Assembly (NCBI RefSeq): GCF_018977255.1
Contig: NW_024704742.1
Span: 17,300,001 to 17,364,000, forward strand
Direction: 5' to 3'
DNA from: Callorhinchus milii
Lineage: Eukaryota
DNA length: 64,000 nucleotides
In this document: positions 12,871-25,499 of the stretch, piece after piece
How the letters are laid out: the number at the start of each line of letters is the position of its first letter
Position numbering within the stretch: position 1 is the first letter of the stretch
Program-made: the position numbers and the translations under genes
The notes under the pieces: generated by a model
What the model was told of the DNA's origin: nothing
Databases searched by the model: none
Seen by the model: only the letters and a program-made list of their open reading frames with translations

Positions 12871-15330
12871 ACAAAACATAAACCCACCCAGTTTTTTCTG
12901 CTCTTCTCCAACAGGAAGACAATGAAGAAATTTAACCCACTGAATGCGTTTGGACAATTTATCAGATCATGGTCCTGTCTGCCTGTTCAGGTGGACGTTA
13001 TAGATTCCATGGTGCTTTCAGAAAAGCGAAGGGAGTTTCTCCTGGTGTCCTGACCAAGAATCCCCCAAATAAAATTGGTTATTAAATTGGTCATTAGGCT
13101 GTTTGTTGGACACTGTTGTGTGGAAATTGGCTGCTCTGTTCACCTACGAAATACATAGTAACTACACTTCACAGTATATCTTATGAAGTGCTTTGAGATA
13201 TCTCAATACCGTGTTAAGGTGCTATACTAAATACAAAGGTTATTACTAGATCATTATACGCAGTTCATTACCAGGATTTTAAAACAAAGCCTTGCAGTTG
13301 CACTGAATTCTGATAAGTCAATCAAGCCACATTATAATATAAACCATGTATTTTTACATAAGTGTGTAAAACTGTCTGTCACATATCCAAGCCCTGAATT
13401 AGTTGTAACTTTTTCCAAGTCAACATTGACAAAGTTAAGGTTATTCTGCTCAGCTCGCATCAACGCCTGCCCACCTTAGGCTCTCATTGTACTGACCTCC
13501 TTCGTCTAGCTCCTGTGAGGAACCTCTAGGTTTTGTTCAACCCTCAATTCTCCTTCAAATCTTCCATCTGGGCTCTGATCAAGTCTGCTTTCCTCCATCT
13601 CCACAACATTGCCTGCCACCTCCACTACCTCAGTCCAACATAGCTCCAGCCTAGGTTTTTCCAACACCTCTGCTTGTCTGCACCCCCACGTTCCACTATC
13701 CACAAACTGCAGACCACAGAGAAATATATCCTCTCCTGCCCTATCATTTTCACTGCATTGCAACTTTCAGGAGGGAAGTAAACAGGCATATGAAAAAGAA
13801 GGGCTTGAAGGGGTAGGGATAAGGTGGGTTGGGAGTATTAAATTGATTTACTTCCTCTGTGAGCTGGTGTAGACTCGATGAGCCGAATGGCCTCCTTATG
13901 CACTGTAGAGTTTTATGCTTCTATCCTCGCCCAGCCCCAATGTCTCCCTATCTTCCCAGCTGATCAACTTTAAAATCTTTGTTTTCTTCTTCAAATACCT
14001 CCACTGTCTCTGTGTCCCTTCCCTCTCTGCTTTCAAATCCTTAAGAACTACCTCTTAGTATTTTCAGCCATCTCACTCCAACAACTCCCCAACTCACACA
14101 CACACACACACACACAGAGCTCCCTCCCAACTCAGGTTCCCACTCAGCCTTAGTGCTTTGTGACATTCTCCCAACATAAAAGGCGGTACACAAGTGTAAA
14201 TTGTTAATATAGACTATATTGTGTATATATAGTGATGCTACAAGTTTCAGGAAAAAAAACAGAATGCCATTTCATCTGGCCACCAGACATTAAGTTACTT
14301 ATTGGTAGGAGTCTGCCCAATAATGCCACGTGTGCCAGTGAGTACACTTTGGGTGGTTTCTGGGACTGAAGGTGCCTGGAAGGTGCACTTGTGAGACATT
14401 GAGCGAGAACAGAATAAGGCTCGGGTTAGGCTGAGACTATGGTTAGTTTATGGCTGAATGGTATGCTGACCCCTCAGGACTAATACATGAATAATGACCA
14501 CTGGAGGGTGACCGGCACCCGTGAAATCATAACCTACGGGAAAGAAAAGGAGTCAAACGCTTTTGGGAGCAGGCATGAAGGGAGAAAGGTCACTAAAATA
14601 TAATCAGAACCACAAAATTAACAGAAGAGATGTTTGACTAAAGGAAAATTAAGCCAATTCATGGAAGCTTTCAAGTAATTTAGTTAAAATGCACAAGAAT
14701 TAAAATTACTTAGCTTTTAGCTGTACTTCATTAAACCTACATAGCAACAAGTTAAGCATACACAGCAACACATCGTCTGTCACTGTTCAAAACCAGCGAT
14801 GCTGTACACAATATTTCTAAATAGTCTGGCAACAACCATCATTCTTTCATACGTAAAATACATCCTCAGAAGTTTTTTTTAAAAAAACAGAGGAGACTGA
14901 CTGACCAGACTAAATTCAAACAAATCTTCCACAATACTCTCAGCTAAAAAAGTATCAGAGGAAATGGATTCAAATGGTCAGTGATGGGAGTTTAATCCTG
15001 AAACTCCGTGATGCTGATAAAGTAAACTGTAATTGATGACAAATGCTTTTTTCCCACTGTACTCAAATAGACTGTTGAACTGTTGAAGCACTGAGACACA
15101 TTTACCCGTTTTGATGTTGCAATAAGTTTTCTGCCCAAGTAAGGAATTTGAATAGTAGGTATCTGTATGTCAATCTTACTATGTGTACTGATGAACCACT
15201 AGACAAGGGAGAAACAAAGGACAAGAGAAAGGAAAAGCTACAGATTACGTGAAGGACGTAGCATACAATTAAACCATTAACAATCACAAACAGGTCCCGA
15301 AACAAAAGGAGCTCCTGCAACAGCACTTGC

Positions 15331-15493
15331 CTGCATACGTGTTGGCTTGATTCAAGAGTTCTGTGCAGGCATGCATATCAGCAAAGGATCGAATCCCTAA
15401 ACAATTGGTAGGATGAAGCTGGGATTCCAGGAAATCACAACATGTCTTTCTCACATCCTGCAACTGCAAGAGTCCTGCTGCTGGAAGTAAGAC
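15331..15493 (-). CDS. KLHL2: KLHL2 exon 5 ([54 protein letters not shown])
   Basis: AG acceptor, GC donor (CAG|GCAAGT), 163 nt; overlaps ORF 15284..15469. Confidence 0.95.
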
Positions 15494-16409
15494 CTGTCAA
15501 AAAATAGGAACATATATTACAATCAATGGTCGGTGATGAATCATGTATAAACAAAGTTCTTACATGCCGACAGGAAGACACAGCTACCACCAATATACTT
15601 TAATATACATTGCTGTTCACAACTTGGTTGCCGTGCTCATCTACCAACTACACAATCACCACACTTTACAATAAATCATGTGAAGCTCAGAGGCGTTTGG
15701 ACAACGTGATAAGGCACTACATAAAATGAAAGGATTTTTCTATTCATTTATTCACAAGCAAATAAATTTGCTCTTTAAGAATATTTAGGAAAAAGTACTT
15801 TGACTTTCAAGTCCATTGTCGTTTTCCAGTAGCTCAGCAGCTCCGGTAGCATTAGTCTTTGAAATATAACTGAGCACCCTGCATCTTTCAGTTAAAAATG
15901 TTCATTTGCATTGATATCATATTCCTTTTCATATCATGAAATAATTTTTTATTTTAATCACAGAATATAAACCATATTCCTTTTGATGTATAATGGGTTT
16001 CTATTTTATCTCATCTTTATTTCTAACTCAAACCCACAACTGTTTGTGCTGTGCGCAATTGGCTGCCAACTTCACCCACAAAAATACACAATCATTTCAC
16101 AATATATATTCTGTAAAGTGCTTTAAGACATCTCAATGACTTTGAGAAGGTACTATTCAAATGCGGGGATTATTCTTATATTATTTTATCATAGAATAGA
16201 AGCCATTGTGGCTATTTTTCTTTGTTTGAAACCCATTGCAAAGACAAAATTACACAGACAGTGTAGTACAGGAACAGACCATTTGGCCCAACTATTATGC
16301 TGTTAAGTCTCTGCACGAGCCATTGCACATATGGATACATGCACACAATTTCCCCATGGACTAAAAGGTTGCAGCGTGATGCAGATTTTCAGGACTATCC
16401 AGCAACTGA

Positions 16410-17232
16410 TATACAATAAAAATTCACAATTCAGTGCCTTTCACGTCAGGAGGTTGTCCCAAGAGTTTGCACCCGAGTTGGGGGCAGGAGGAGGGAGCAT
16501 GGCCGAAAGCATGGTCAAAGAGGCAGGCCTTGTAGGGGTTGAATGAAGTGACAAGTCAAAGGGACTTGGGATGAAGCTTCAGAGATTGGGGGCAGAACAG
16601 ACTGAAAGCCCGACCGCCGATGGTAGGGCAGGTGGGAAATATTCAGCATTTTTCAAGAATCGTTCAATTTTTCCAATTGCTTCGTTCAACAACAATAACA
16701 AGCAACAACAAAATTACATTTATAGAGCGCTTTTCACGCCGGGAGGACGTCCCAAAGCGCTGAACATTCAGGTGTTGGGGCCCGAGAATGGGGGAGGGGT
16801 GGTGTAGAGTTGAGGGGAGGCAGAGAGGTGGGAGGGCGACCAAAGGCACGATCGAAGAGAACTTCAAGGTCAAGCACCAGTGGAAGTAATACTTTGCTGA
16901 CTGGTCAATGCAGTGAACCCAATACACTTGAATCCGTAGTGGGTAGTAATATATTCAAATTCTCACTTCAAAATAAACTCATTTTATAATCTTCGTAGGA
17001 TAACTAAACCAACATTATGTGAACATAAATGGGGAAATGGTGAGGGGAGGGAAGGGAGGGAGCGAGGAGGGGGTAGAGAGTCGACTTGGCCGAGACTAGA
17101 GTGGAGCGGTAGATTTTGAGGAGGTCCAGCGAGATTTGTCGGTGGACCGTGAGGCCAGATTTGAGGCAGGTGCGTTCAGCGGCCCGCACCAGGCTCTTCA
17201 GTGAGCATAGGTGGGTGGTGAACCAGGGAACA
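16410..17232 (-). mobile_element. Cluster of L2 fragments, including an internally deleted piece at 17030-17232
   Basis: L2 tails near 16430 and 16690; PWFTTHLCSLK...AAER...SGLTVHRQI ORF2 fragment. Confidence 0.75.
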
Positions 17233-18502
17233 TGTACTTTATTACATGTATTGTAAATAACTGTTTGTGCGACACTGCTGTGTGCAATTGGTTGCCACGT
17301 TTTGCCCACAAAATATACATTCAATCCACTTTACAGTGAAGTGCTGTGAGCTGTCTTGAAGATGTAATAAGGTGCTATATCAAATGCAAGGATTATCATT
17401 ATTGTTAATATTTCAATGCAGCATTACCACATATGGCAACAGAAGAATAGATTTCAAAAATAAAACTTACTTATGCTACCTCCTGTAGGGTGAAAATTAT
17501 TATTTTTGTCTGAAGGAATTTATTAACACTTAAACGAGAGCTAGAGAAAAAGTGGTGTGGATATAACCAATTATTGACATCATTTGTAAATAGACTGGAG
17601 AGGAGTGAAGCAGAATTTAAAGCAGGATTACAGCAAATAAGTATCAACAGCCAAGAAGCAATAATGCCAAACCAAAGGATAGCTTCTAACTCTGAGCCCG
17701 ACAAGATGGTGAATTATCAACATTGCCTTGGACCAGCTGGACACTGCAAGATATGTCTCTCCAGCTCAACTCGACGAAGATACTATTATTAACACAAGGT
17801 CCGTAGATTTGCTTAACATTGAAAAGTATGGGACTTTTCTGCCAAAGTCAACTCTTTTCTCAATCCCAGCAGATCTCAATCTTTCAGAAAGCTCATTGAA
17901 TAGGTAAAGCCACGCACATTTTAGTCAATGTTGAAATGTACCACAAGTCAGCAAGGATGCCCCAGACATTTCTGGCTTCCCTCTAGTTCAGTGGTGACTG
18001 AACTCTTTGGATGGCCAACAAATGTTTCTCGATTAAATATTTCTTGATTTACTTTTTGATTGCTTAGGTGCTGCATTGTAAGAGGTGCTGGCGTTCGGCT
18101 GAGATGTTAACCTGAGGTCCGGCCTACCTGATCAGGTGGACATTATAGATCCAACAGTACTATTTAACAAGGGAGTTTCTCCCCGGGATCCTGGTCAACA
18201 ATTCCCCAAATAAAATTGGTAATTCAGTTCACAGCTGATTGTGGTTCATTGCTGCGTACAAAACAGGCCAGGACATTCACCTACAAAATACACAGTCACT
18301 CCACTTTACAGTATTTCCTGTGAAGCGTTTTGAGATATCCTCCTGATGTGAAGGGAACAATACCAAATGCCACAATTATTATCATAATATTTGCAGAATG
18401 ATTTACGAACAACCTAAAAGAGAAGTGAACAGGGGAATTTCCCAATGCTTGTATACACAACACAAAAACTGCTTTGCCTGCTGGTCACAATTTTTAATTA
18501 AA

Positions 18503-19090
18503 AACAACAACAACAACAAGATTCCATTTATAGAGTGCCTTTCACGTCGGGAGGACGTCCCAAGGCGCTGTACAGTTGGGTCAGGACCCGAGCACGGGGG
18601 GAAATGGTCAGGGTGAGGGGAGGAAAGAGAGGGAGCGAGGAGTGGGGAAATGGTCAGGGTGAGGGGAGGGAAGGGAGGGAGCGAGGAGGGGGTAGACAGT
18701 CGAGAGGGGAGCTGAAGGTACAGTCAAAGAGAAAGGTCTTGAGACCGGCCTTGAAGGAGGAAAGGGAGGAGACGGCGAAGGCACTGGGGGTTAGAGTTCC
18801 AGAGCCTCGGGGCTGAGAGGCTGAAGGCCCGGCCACCGATGGTAGGGCGGTTGGGGCGGGGGGTGTGCAGCAGACCGGAGCCAGAGGAACGGAGGGTACG
18901 GGCAGGTAGGTAGGGGGATAGTAGGTCGGAGAGGTAGGAGGGAGTGAGGCCGTGAATGGCCTTGTAGGTGAGGATGAGGATCTTGAATTCGATCCTCTGG
19001 GGGATGGGGAGCCAGTGGAGGCGAGCGAGGGTGGGAGTGATGTGGTCCCGAAGCCTGGAGCGGGACAGTACACAAGCTGCAGAGTTCTGA
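18503..19090 (-). mobile_element. L2 LINE 3' fragment (young subfamily)
   Basis: QNSAACVL...HITPTLARLHWLPIPQRIEFKIL; tail nearly identical to the 29.1 kb copy. Confidence 0.93.
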
Positions 19091-20837
19091 TAAAAACCTA
19101 TACACACAACAATTACTATCCCTATAACAATAATGTTAATGATTCCTAAGATATTAACAACTATCCTTGAACTGCTTCTTTACAAGTGGATGCATATCAT
19201 TAGGCTAATAGATTTCAACAATCTTTGCACCACACTTTCAATTACAGCACTAAGAATGAAACACTGCATAGTGTTGTGTAACATCACATTACTCGCGTAT
19301 TGTGCTAACGTTAAGCTGGTGTTGCCAATTCATGGCAACACAAATTTTGTGTATTTCTGATTAAAAATTACTTCCTTCCCTTCCTGCATTACATCAACAG
19401 TTGCAGCATTTGATCAACTAAAAAGACCCATTCCCTTCCAAATAATAAAAAAATTCAGTAGTAAATGTTCACAGTGACAATATCAGAATTAACTTGCAAG
19501 ATACATTGTGGTCTCTAGGAAACCACTTCTTAGGAAGATGATTATAGACCAAAGCGCATCTGGCAGGTAATTCACAATCATCATTTTTCTCTGCAATTTG
19601 ACAACAAAGCACGTGTTCGACTGGTGTAAAGGAATGTATAGAGGAGCGTTTAAAGCTTCTAATCCCTTTAAAACCAACATGATCTCTCGCAGTGTCTTTT
19701 CCTCTCCCCCCGCCCCTACAATTGGGTGGATTCATTCTATCTGCTTGATCTCTCATAATCTTTTTGTTTTTTCAATGAAACATGCAACAGTCAGACCCAC
19801 TGGCTTAAAAATAACTAGTAGGAGGCCAAGGATTGAGAGAGAGGAGACTTCAATTCGCAAGTACTATAAGTGTGCTGGGGTACAGCAGCTTTGAGAGATG
19901 ATGTCATAAATTCCCAGCAGAAATGCTCAGAATATACATTCCTAATAATAGCTTTATCCTTGCTGGAACGGGATGAGCAGGAGGAAGAGAGACGCCAATG
20001 CATGTGGTGCGATGAGGCTGTGCAGGATCTGGTGATGTCAAAAGGAATATGATATATTTGGGAGATACCACTGACTGTGCCACATCGCACATCAGCACAA
20101 TGACATTGCAAGACCAGCCTTTCCATGTCCTCCATCTTACAAAAAAGCCAAGGCCTCACTGCAGTGTCAGCCTCGATTATACGGTCACTATATGGTCCTA
20201 TTGTGAGTCATGAGGTTGACACTCCAGTGAAGTAGTGGGGAAGCATTATTGAAAGTGGCGGTTCTGATGAGACGTTAAACCAAGGTCTCTTCTGTCTGGA
20301 TATCAGTCGGCACTTATAAAGCCTTACTCCAGTCTGAGGAGAGTTCTGTGTCTTCAGAAGAGAGAAGGAAACTTGAGGAAAAATACAAAGGCACATCTCA
20401 AATCTATAGAGGAAGAAGATCTGTAGGGTAGTTTGATCCAAATAATGCACAACACTTTCTCTCACAAAGCACAACAGCAACAAATTACATTTATATAGCG
20501 CCTTTCACGTCAGGAGGGTGTCCCAAAGCGCCGGACAGTCAGGGTTCCACAACATCTGTCTATTCCACCGCCTGTTCCATAAGTTTATTACTCGCTCACT
20601 GAAATAGTGTTTCTGCAGATTTGTTCCAAATTTACCCCCCTTCAATCGCAGGCTGTGTCCTCCCTGATTCTACTGTTCAGTACAAGATAAAGCAGCTCAT
20701 CATAGTCTACATTATCTATTCCCTTCAGAATCTTAAAAGACCATAATCATATCGTCCCTCAACCATCTCTTCTCCAGCATGAACATGCCCAGTTTACCTA
20801 ATCGCTCCTCATCGTCCAGTCCCTCCATCTCCTCACT

Positions 20838-21522
20838 CATTCTGTCTCCTCGCCGGCCTTCCCGCCACCTCCCTCCACAAGCTGCAGGTCATTCAGAACT
20901 CTGCAGCTCGTGTACTGTCCCGCACCAGGCTTCGGGACCACATCACTCCCACCCTCGCTCGCCTCCACTGGCTCCCCATCCCCCAGAGGATTGATTTCAA
21001 GATCCTCATCCTCACCTACAAGGCCATTCACGGCCTTGCTCCCTCCTACCTCTCCAACCTACTATCCCCCTACCTACCTGTCCGTACCCTCCGTTCCTCT
21101 GGCTCCGGTCTGCTCCACGTCCCCCCCCAACCGCCCTACCATCGGTGGTCGGGCCTTCAGCCTCTCAGCCCCCAGGCTCTGGAACTCCATCCCCCAGTGC
21201 CTTCGCCGCCTCCTCCCTTTCCTCCTTCAAGGCCGGTGTCAAAACCTTTCTCTTGACCGTGCCTTCAGCTCCCCTCTCGACTCTCTTGCCCTCCTCGCTC
21301 CCTCCCTTCCTTCCCCTCACCCTGACCATTTCCCCCCTCCTCGCTCCCCCCCCCCCCTCACCCTGACCATTTCCCCCCTCCTCGCTCCCTCCCTCCCCTC
21401 ACCCTGACCATTTCCTCCCTGCTCGGGTCATGACCCAACTGTGCAGCGCCTTGGGACGTCCTCCTGACGTGAAAGGCGCTTTATAAATGGAATCTTGTTG
21501 TTGTTGTCGTTGTTGTTGTTGT
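20838..21522 (+). mobile_element. L2 LINE 3' fragment inserted in a CR1
   Basis: Same sequence as the 18.5 and 29.1 kb copies, opposite strand. Confidence 0.93.
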
Positions 21523-22842
21523 ATCCTCTCAATCGCTGCAATATTCTTTTTATATTGTGGTGACCAGAAATGCACACAGTATTCTAAGTGCAGTCACACC
21601 AGTGATTTTTTAAGTGGTAGGTTTGCCCCACTATTTCAGCTCAATATTGCCCTATTAGTACAACCCAGCATCTGGTTTGCCTTACTCACTGTTGCAAAAG
21701 CTTCAATTTATTGTCAATCAGGTCCACTTTCCGTACAGATTAATTTCTTTCCTTTTAAACAATAGTTCCCTTCCTGGATTTGTTATCCCTATGTGAAGCA
21801 CTTTGTATTTCTCTACATTGAATTTCATCTGCCATCGATCTGCCCAATTATGTTCAAGCCCTCCTGTAACCTATCCTGTTCATCTTTGCAGTCTACCACC
21901 TTCATTAGCTTCGTGTCATCTGCAAGTTCAGCCCTGTGCTTGTGACTCCTAGTTCCAGGTGGTTTATGAAGATGTTAAATAAAAGAAGTCCCAAAACAGA
22001 GGCCCCTGTGGAACTCCACTGGTAACATTCTCCCAGTCTGATGACATTATTATTATTATTATTGTTATTATTATTATTCCCTGTACCAGACATTCCCTGT
22101 ACCACCACCTCCTGGGTTATATCGATCAGCCAATGATGTATCCATTGCAAGATACGTCCTCTGATTCCTGCTTTCTTTATTTTCAGTACCAGCCTTTCAT
22201 GAGGAACTGTATCAAAGGCCTTACTGAAATCCAGATATACAACATCCACTGCCTTACCCTTTATCAAGCTCTTTTGTCACACCGTCAAAGAAGACCAGTG
22301 AATTAGTTTGGCAGGATCTCCCTTTCATAAACCCATATTGGCTATATTTTATCATCTAATTACTGTCCAGATGCTCCATGATCTTATTTTTAATAAGAGT
22401 TTCCATAACTTTACCCATAATGGATGTTAAACTCACTGATCTGTAGTTTCCTGGGACACTTTTGCTACCATTCTTAAAAATAGGAGTAACATCTGCCTTT
22501 TTCCACGCCCCAGGCACCTCTCCAGTATCCAGTCATTTCTGAAAGATCTGTGCCAGAGTTCCTGCCAATTTCCTCCCTTAGTTTCTTAAAGATCCTCGGT
22601 GCAATTTATCCGGCTCTTGGGATTTGTTTACCTTAAGTTTACAGTTATTCGGCAACTACGCTGGCATGGATATGTATAGTGTCAGAACGTGCCTCTGCAA
22701 CACCACTGAGTTTTTTTTTCCAGATCCAATACATTTCCTGTCTCCTCTTAACTAAAACTGAGGCAAAAAACTTGTTTAATACTAATACAGATTGTGTCGC
22801 ATCATTTGTCATATCCTCACCCAATCCCACCTTCAATTGTCA

Positions 22843-23222
22843 GAGTCCTGCAGCTTAGTGGTGAGAGCACTCGCCTCACAAACGAGAGAAACTCGGTTCA
22901 TTTCCCGCCAGTGCGAAATGTTAGGCAAGTTTCCTTAATCTACAGGTCTCTGTTTACCTAGCAGTAAGTAGGATCCCGGTTGTTAGTCGATTGGTAGATC
23001 ACTTTTTCGGGGGTAATAATTCCTTCAAAATAAATAAAAATAATTTGGTCTCCCAATCCACGACTGTTTGTAGGACCCTGGTGTGCGCAATTGGCTGCTG
23101 CGTTTCGCCCACAAAATATACAGTCAATTCACTTTCAGTATAGTCTCTGAAGCGTTTTGAGATGTCTCAAAGACATGATAAGGCACTATATCAAATGCAA
23201 GGATTATTATTATATTATTATT
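22843..23222 (+). mobile_element. SINE family A, longer subfamily
   Basis: Extra ~60-bp segment (TGTTTACCTAGCAGTAAGTAGG...) shared with the 12.5 kb and 38.7 kb copies. Confidence 0.88.
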
Positions 23223-23269
23223 CCATCCCTTGTTTTTCTTTTTCCCTTAATGTAACTGAAAGCTGAAAG

Positions 23270-23853
23270 CCTCCAGGCTCGACTATGCAAACTCCCTGCT
23301 TGTCGGCCTTCCCAACTCCTCCCTCCACAGGCTGCAGATAATCCAGAACTCTGCAGCCCATGTCCTCTCCCGCACCAAACTCCATGACCCCATCTCCCCC
23401 ACTCTCGCCCGACTCCATTGGCTCCCTATCCTTCAGAGGATCCAGTTCAAGATCCTGGTCCTCACCTACAAAGCCCTCCCCCCACCCTACCTCTGTGACC
23501 TCCTAACCCCCTACCAACCCGCCCGCTCCCTCCACTCAGCCGGCTCTGGTCTGCTCCACGTCTCCCAACCTACCCGCCCCACCGTTGGCGGAAGAGCCTT
23601 CAGCCACTCTGCCCCAACCTCTGGAATTCCATCCCCCAATCACTCCGCCTCGCCCCCTCCTTAGCCTCCTTCAAGTCCCGCCTCAAAACCCTCCTCTTCA
23701 ACCATGCCATCAGCCACCCCCCTTCCCCTCCTTTCTCCCTCCCTGACCCCAGCTCGGGTCTGAAATGCTCTACACTGTCTAGCGCCTTGGGACGTCTCCC
23801 GACGTGAAAGGCGCTATACAAATGTAACCTTGTTGTTGTTGTTGTTATTGTTA
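23270..23853 (+). mobile_element. L2 LINE 3' fragment
   Basis: RLDYANSLL-like region, 3' stem-loop, (TTG)n tail. Confidence 0.9.
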
Positions 23854-24629
23854 TTCCTCACATCTCTTGCCATGTTCATTTCAAAAAATGTCTTTGCCAC
23901 TCTGATACCTTTCTTACAATCCTGGCATGCTTTCTGTTAATGAGTCCATCTTTCCTCTATGCCATTTTCTTTCATGGCCTTCAATGCCTTTTTTCCCCTC
24001 CTCTTTATGAGTTGCTTTGTGGCCCCTTCCAACCAGCAGGAGTGCCCTTTAGCTTGGTATCTTTGCTTTGTGTGGATACACAATGATCCAATGTATTCCA
24101 AATCACCTCCTTGAATGAGCTCCTTAGTTCCTCTGCTCCCTGAGCCATGTTTAAACCTACCAGGCCCGCTCTGACAAGACTTCTCAATTGCATAAAGTTT
24201 TAAGTTTGATGTCTTCTTAAAATTTGGCAGTTTTGTTTTCGTTTTTATAACCTCATCAATCCTTGTGATACCTAATGTGATAACAGTTGTAATTATAACA
24301 CATATAAAACAACATTAATTTTAAGTACCGTATAAAGCAAATACATCAAGACCTTTCCAAAAGTATTACACTGCAATTCCATCTGCTACAACAACCACAC
24401 GTCAGAAAGAGGTACAACACAAAACTACAGACCCTCCACTTTACAACATATCCCGTGAAGCACTTTGGGATGCCATCCTGACATGAAAGGCACTATATCA
24501 AATGCAAAGATTTTTTATTATAACTACTGGGATAGCAGTTAGTTTGACAACAAAGGGGAGGTTACTTTGCAGGAGATTGGTTTAGCTTTTTTAATCTTAT
24601 ACCACCAATAGTTCCTGTACTAAAATACC

Positions 24630-25065
24630 ATCAATAACAATAATATTTGGTATAATGCCTTTCGCACCAGAACATCCCAAAGCACTTCACAGGATGTACT
24701 GTAAAGTGGAGTGACAGTGTATTTGTGGGCAAACTCGGCAGCCAATATCCACACAGCAACATTCTACAAACAGCCGTGAAGTGAATGGCCAATTTTATTT
24801 GGGGATTGTTGGCCAGGACACTGGAAGAAACTCCCTTTTTCTTTTAAATAGTGCCAAGTAAACTTTACCACCTGGACAGGCAGACAGAACCTCAGTTTAA
24901 CGTCTCATCTATAGGGCGGCACCTCCGACAATGCAACAACCTCCCAGCACTGCATAAGAGGGTCACCTTAGATTATTTAAGTTCCAAGTCCCAACATTGA
25001 GCTTGAACCCACAACCTTCTGACTCAAAGGCAAGAGTGCTACCAGTTGAGACAGGCTGACACATC
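24630..25065 (-). mobile_element. DeuSINE-type SINE (SacSINE1/AmnSINE1-like core), near full length
   Basis: Core GTCGGAGGTGCCG...AGATGAGACGTTAAACTGAGG...GTCTGCCTG on the minus strand; tRNA-like head; same L2-like tail. Confidence 0.8.
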
Positions 25066-25499
25066 AACCCCTTGACTATAAGTATTCCAAAAAACTATTA
25101 TGAATTTCAGAAGTGCAATCAGAAACAGTCTCAAATGGAAAAGGATCAACTATTTTCAGAGCATTTTCTTATTGCAGAACCCAACAGGCGAGAAACCCAG
25201 CTCTAAAAGAGTGGCAATTACCCATGCAATTCCGTGCACACAACCACAAGCACATCTTTTCCACTCCTTCTCTGAGGACAATGACTCATGCTTGGGTACG
25301 GATTCCGAGATGCTGCAGTACTCAATACAAAATTTACATTTATATACACTCGCGCCTTTCACATCGGGAGACTCCAGTACTTTGCTGAAGGGGCTATTCT
25401 ACAGGTACAAGTCAAGATAGTGGGTGGATTTCTGCACAGAGCTAACAAGTTTGTTCTCAGTGAAACTTCACAATAGTTTTATAAAAGATTAGTGATTGC

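Larger units (their letters stand above)
20550..24290 (-). mobile_element. Degenerate CR1-clade LINE interrupted by two L2 copies and a SINE
   Basis: ORF 21905..22267 (KGKAVDVVYLDFSKAFDTVPHERL) plus flanking CR1-like pieces in collinear order. Confidence 0.8.

Noticed and set aside
25100..25420. Overlapping ORFs of 68-106 aa
   Set aside because: No splice context or recognisable domain; adjacent to decayed CR1 sequence.
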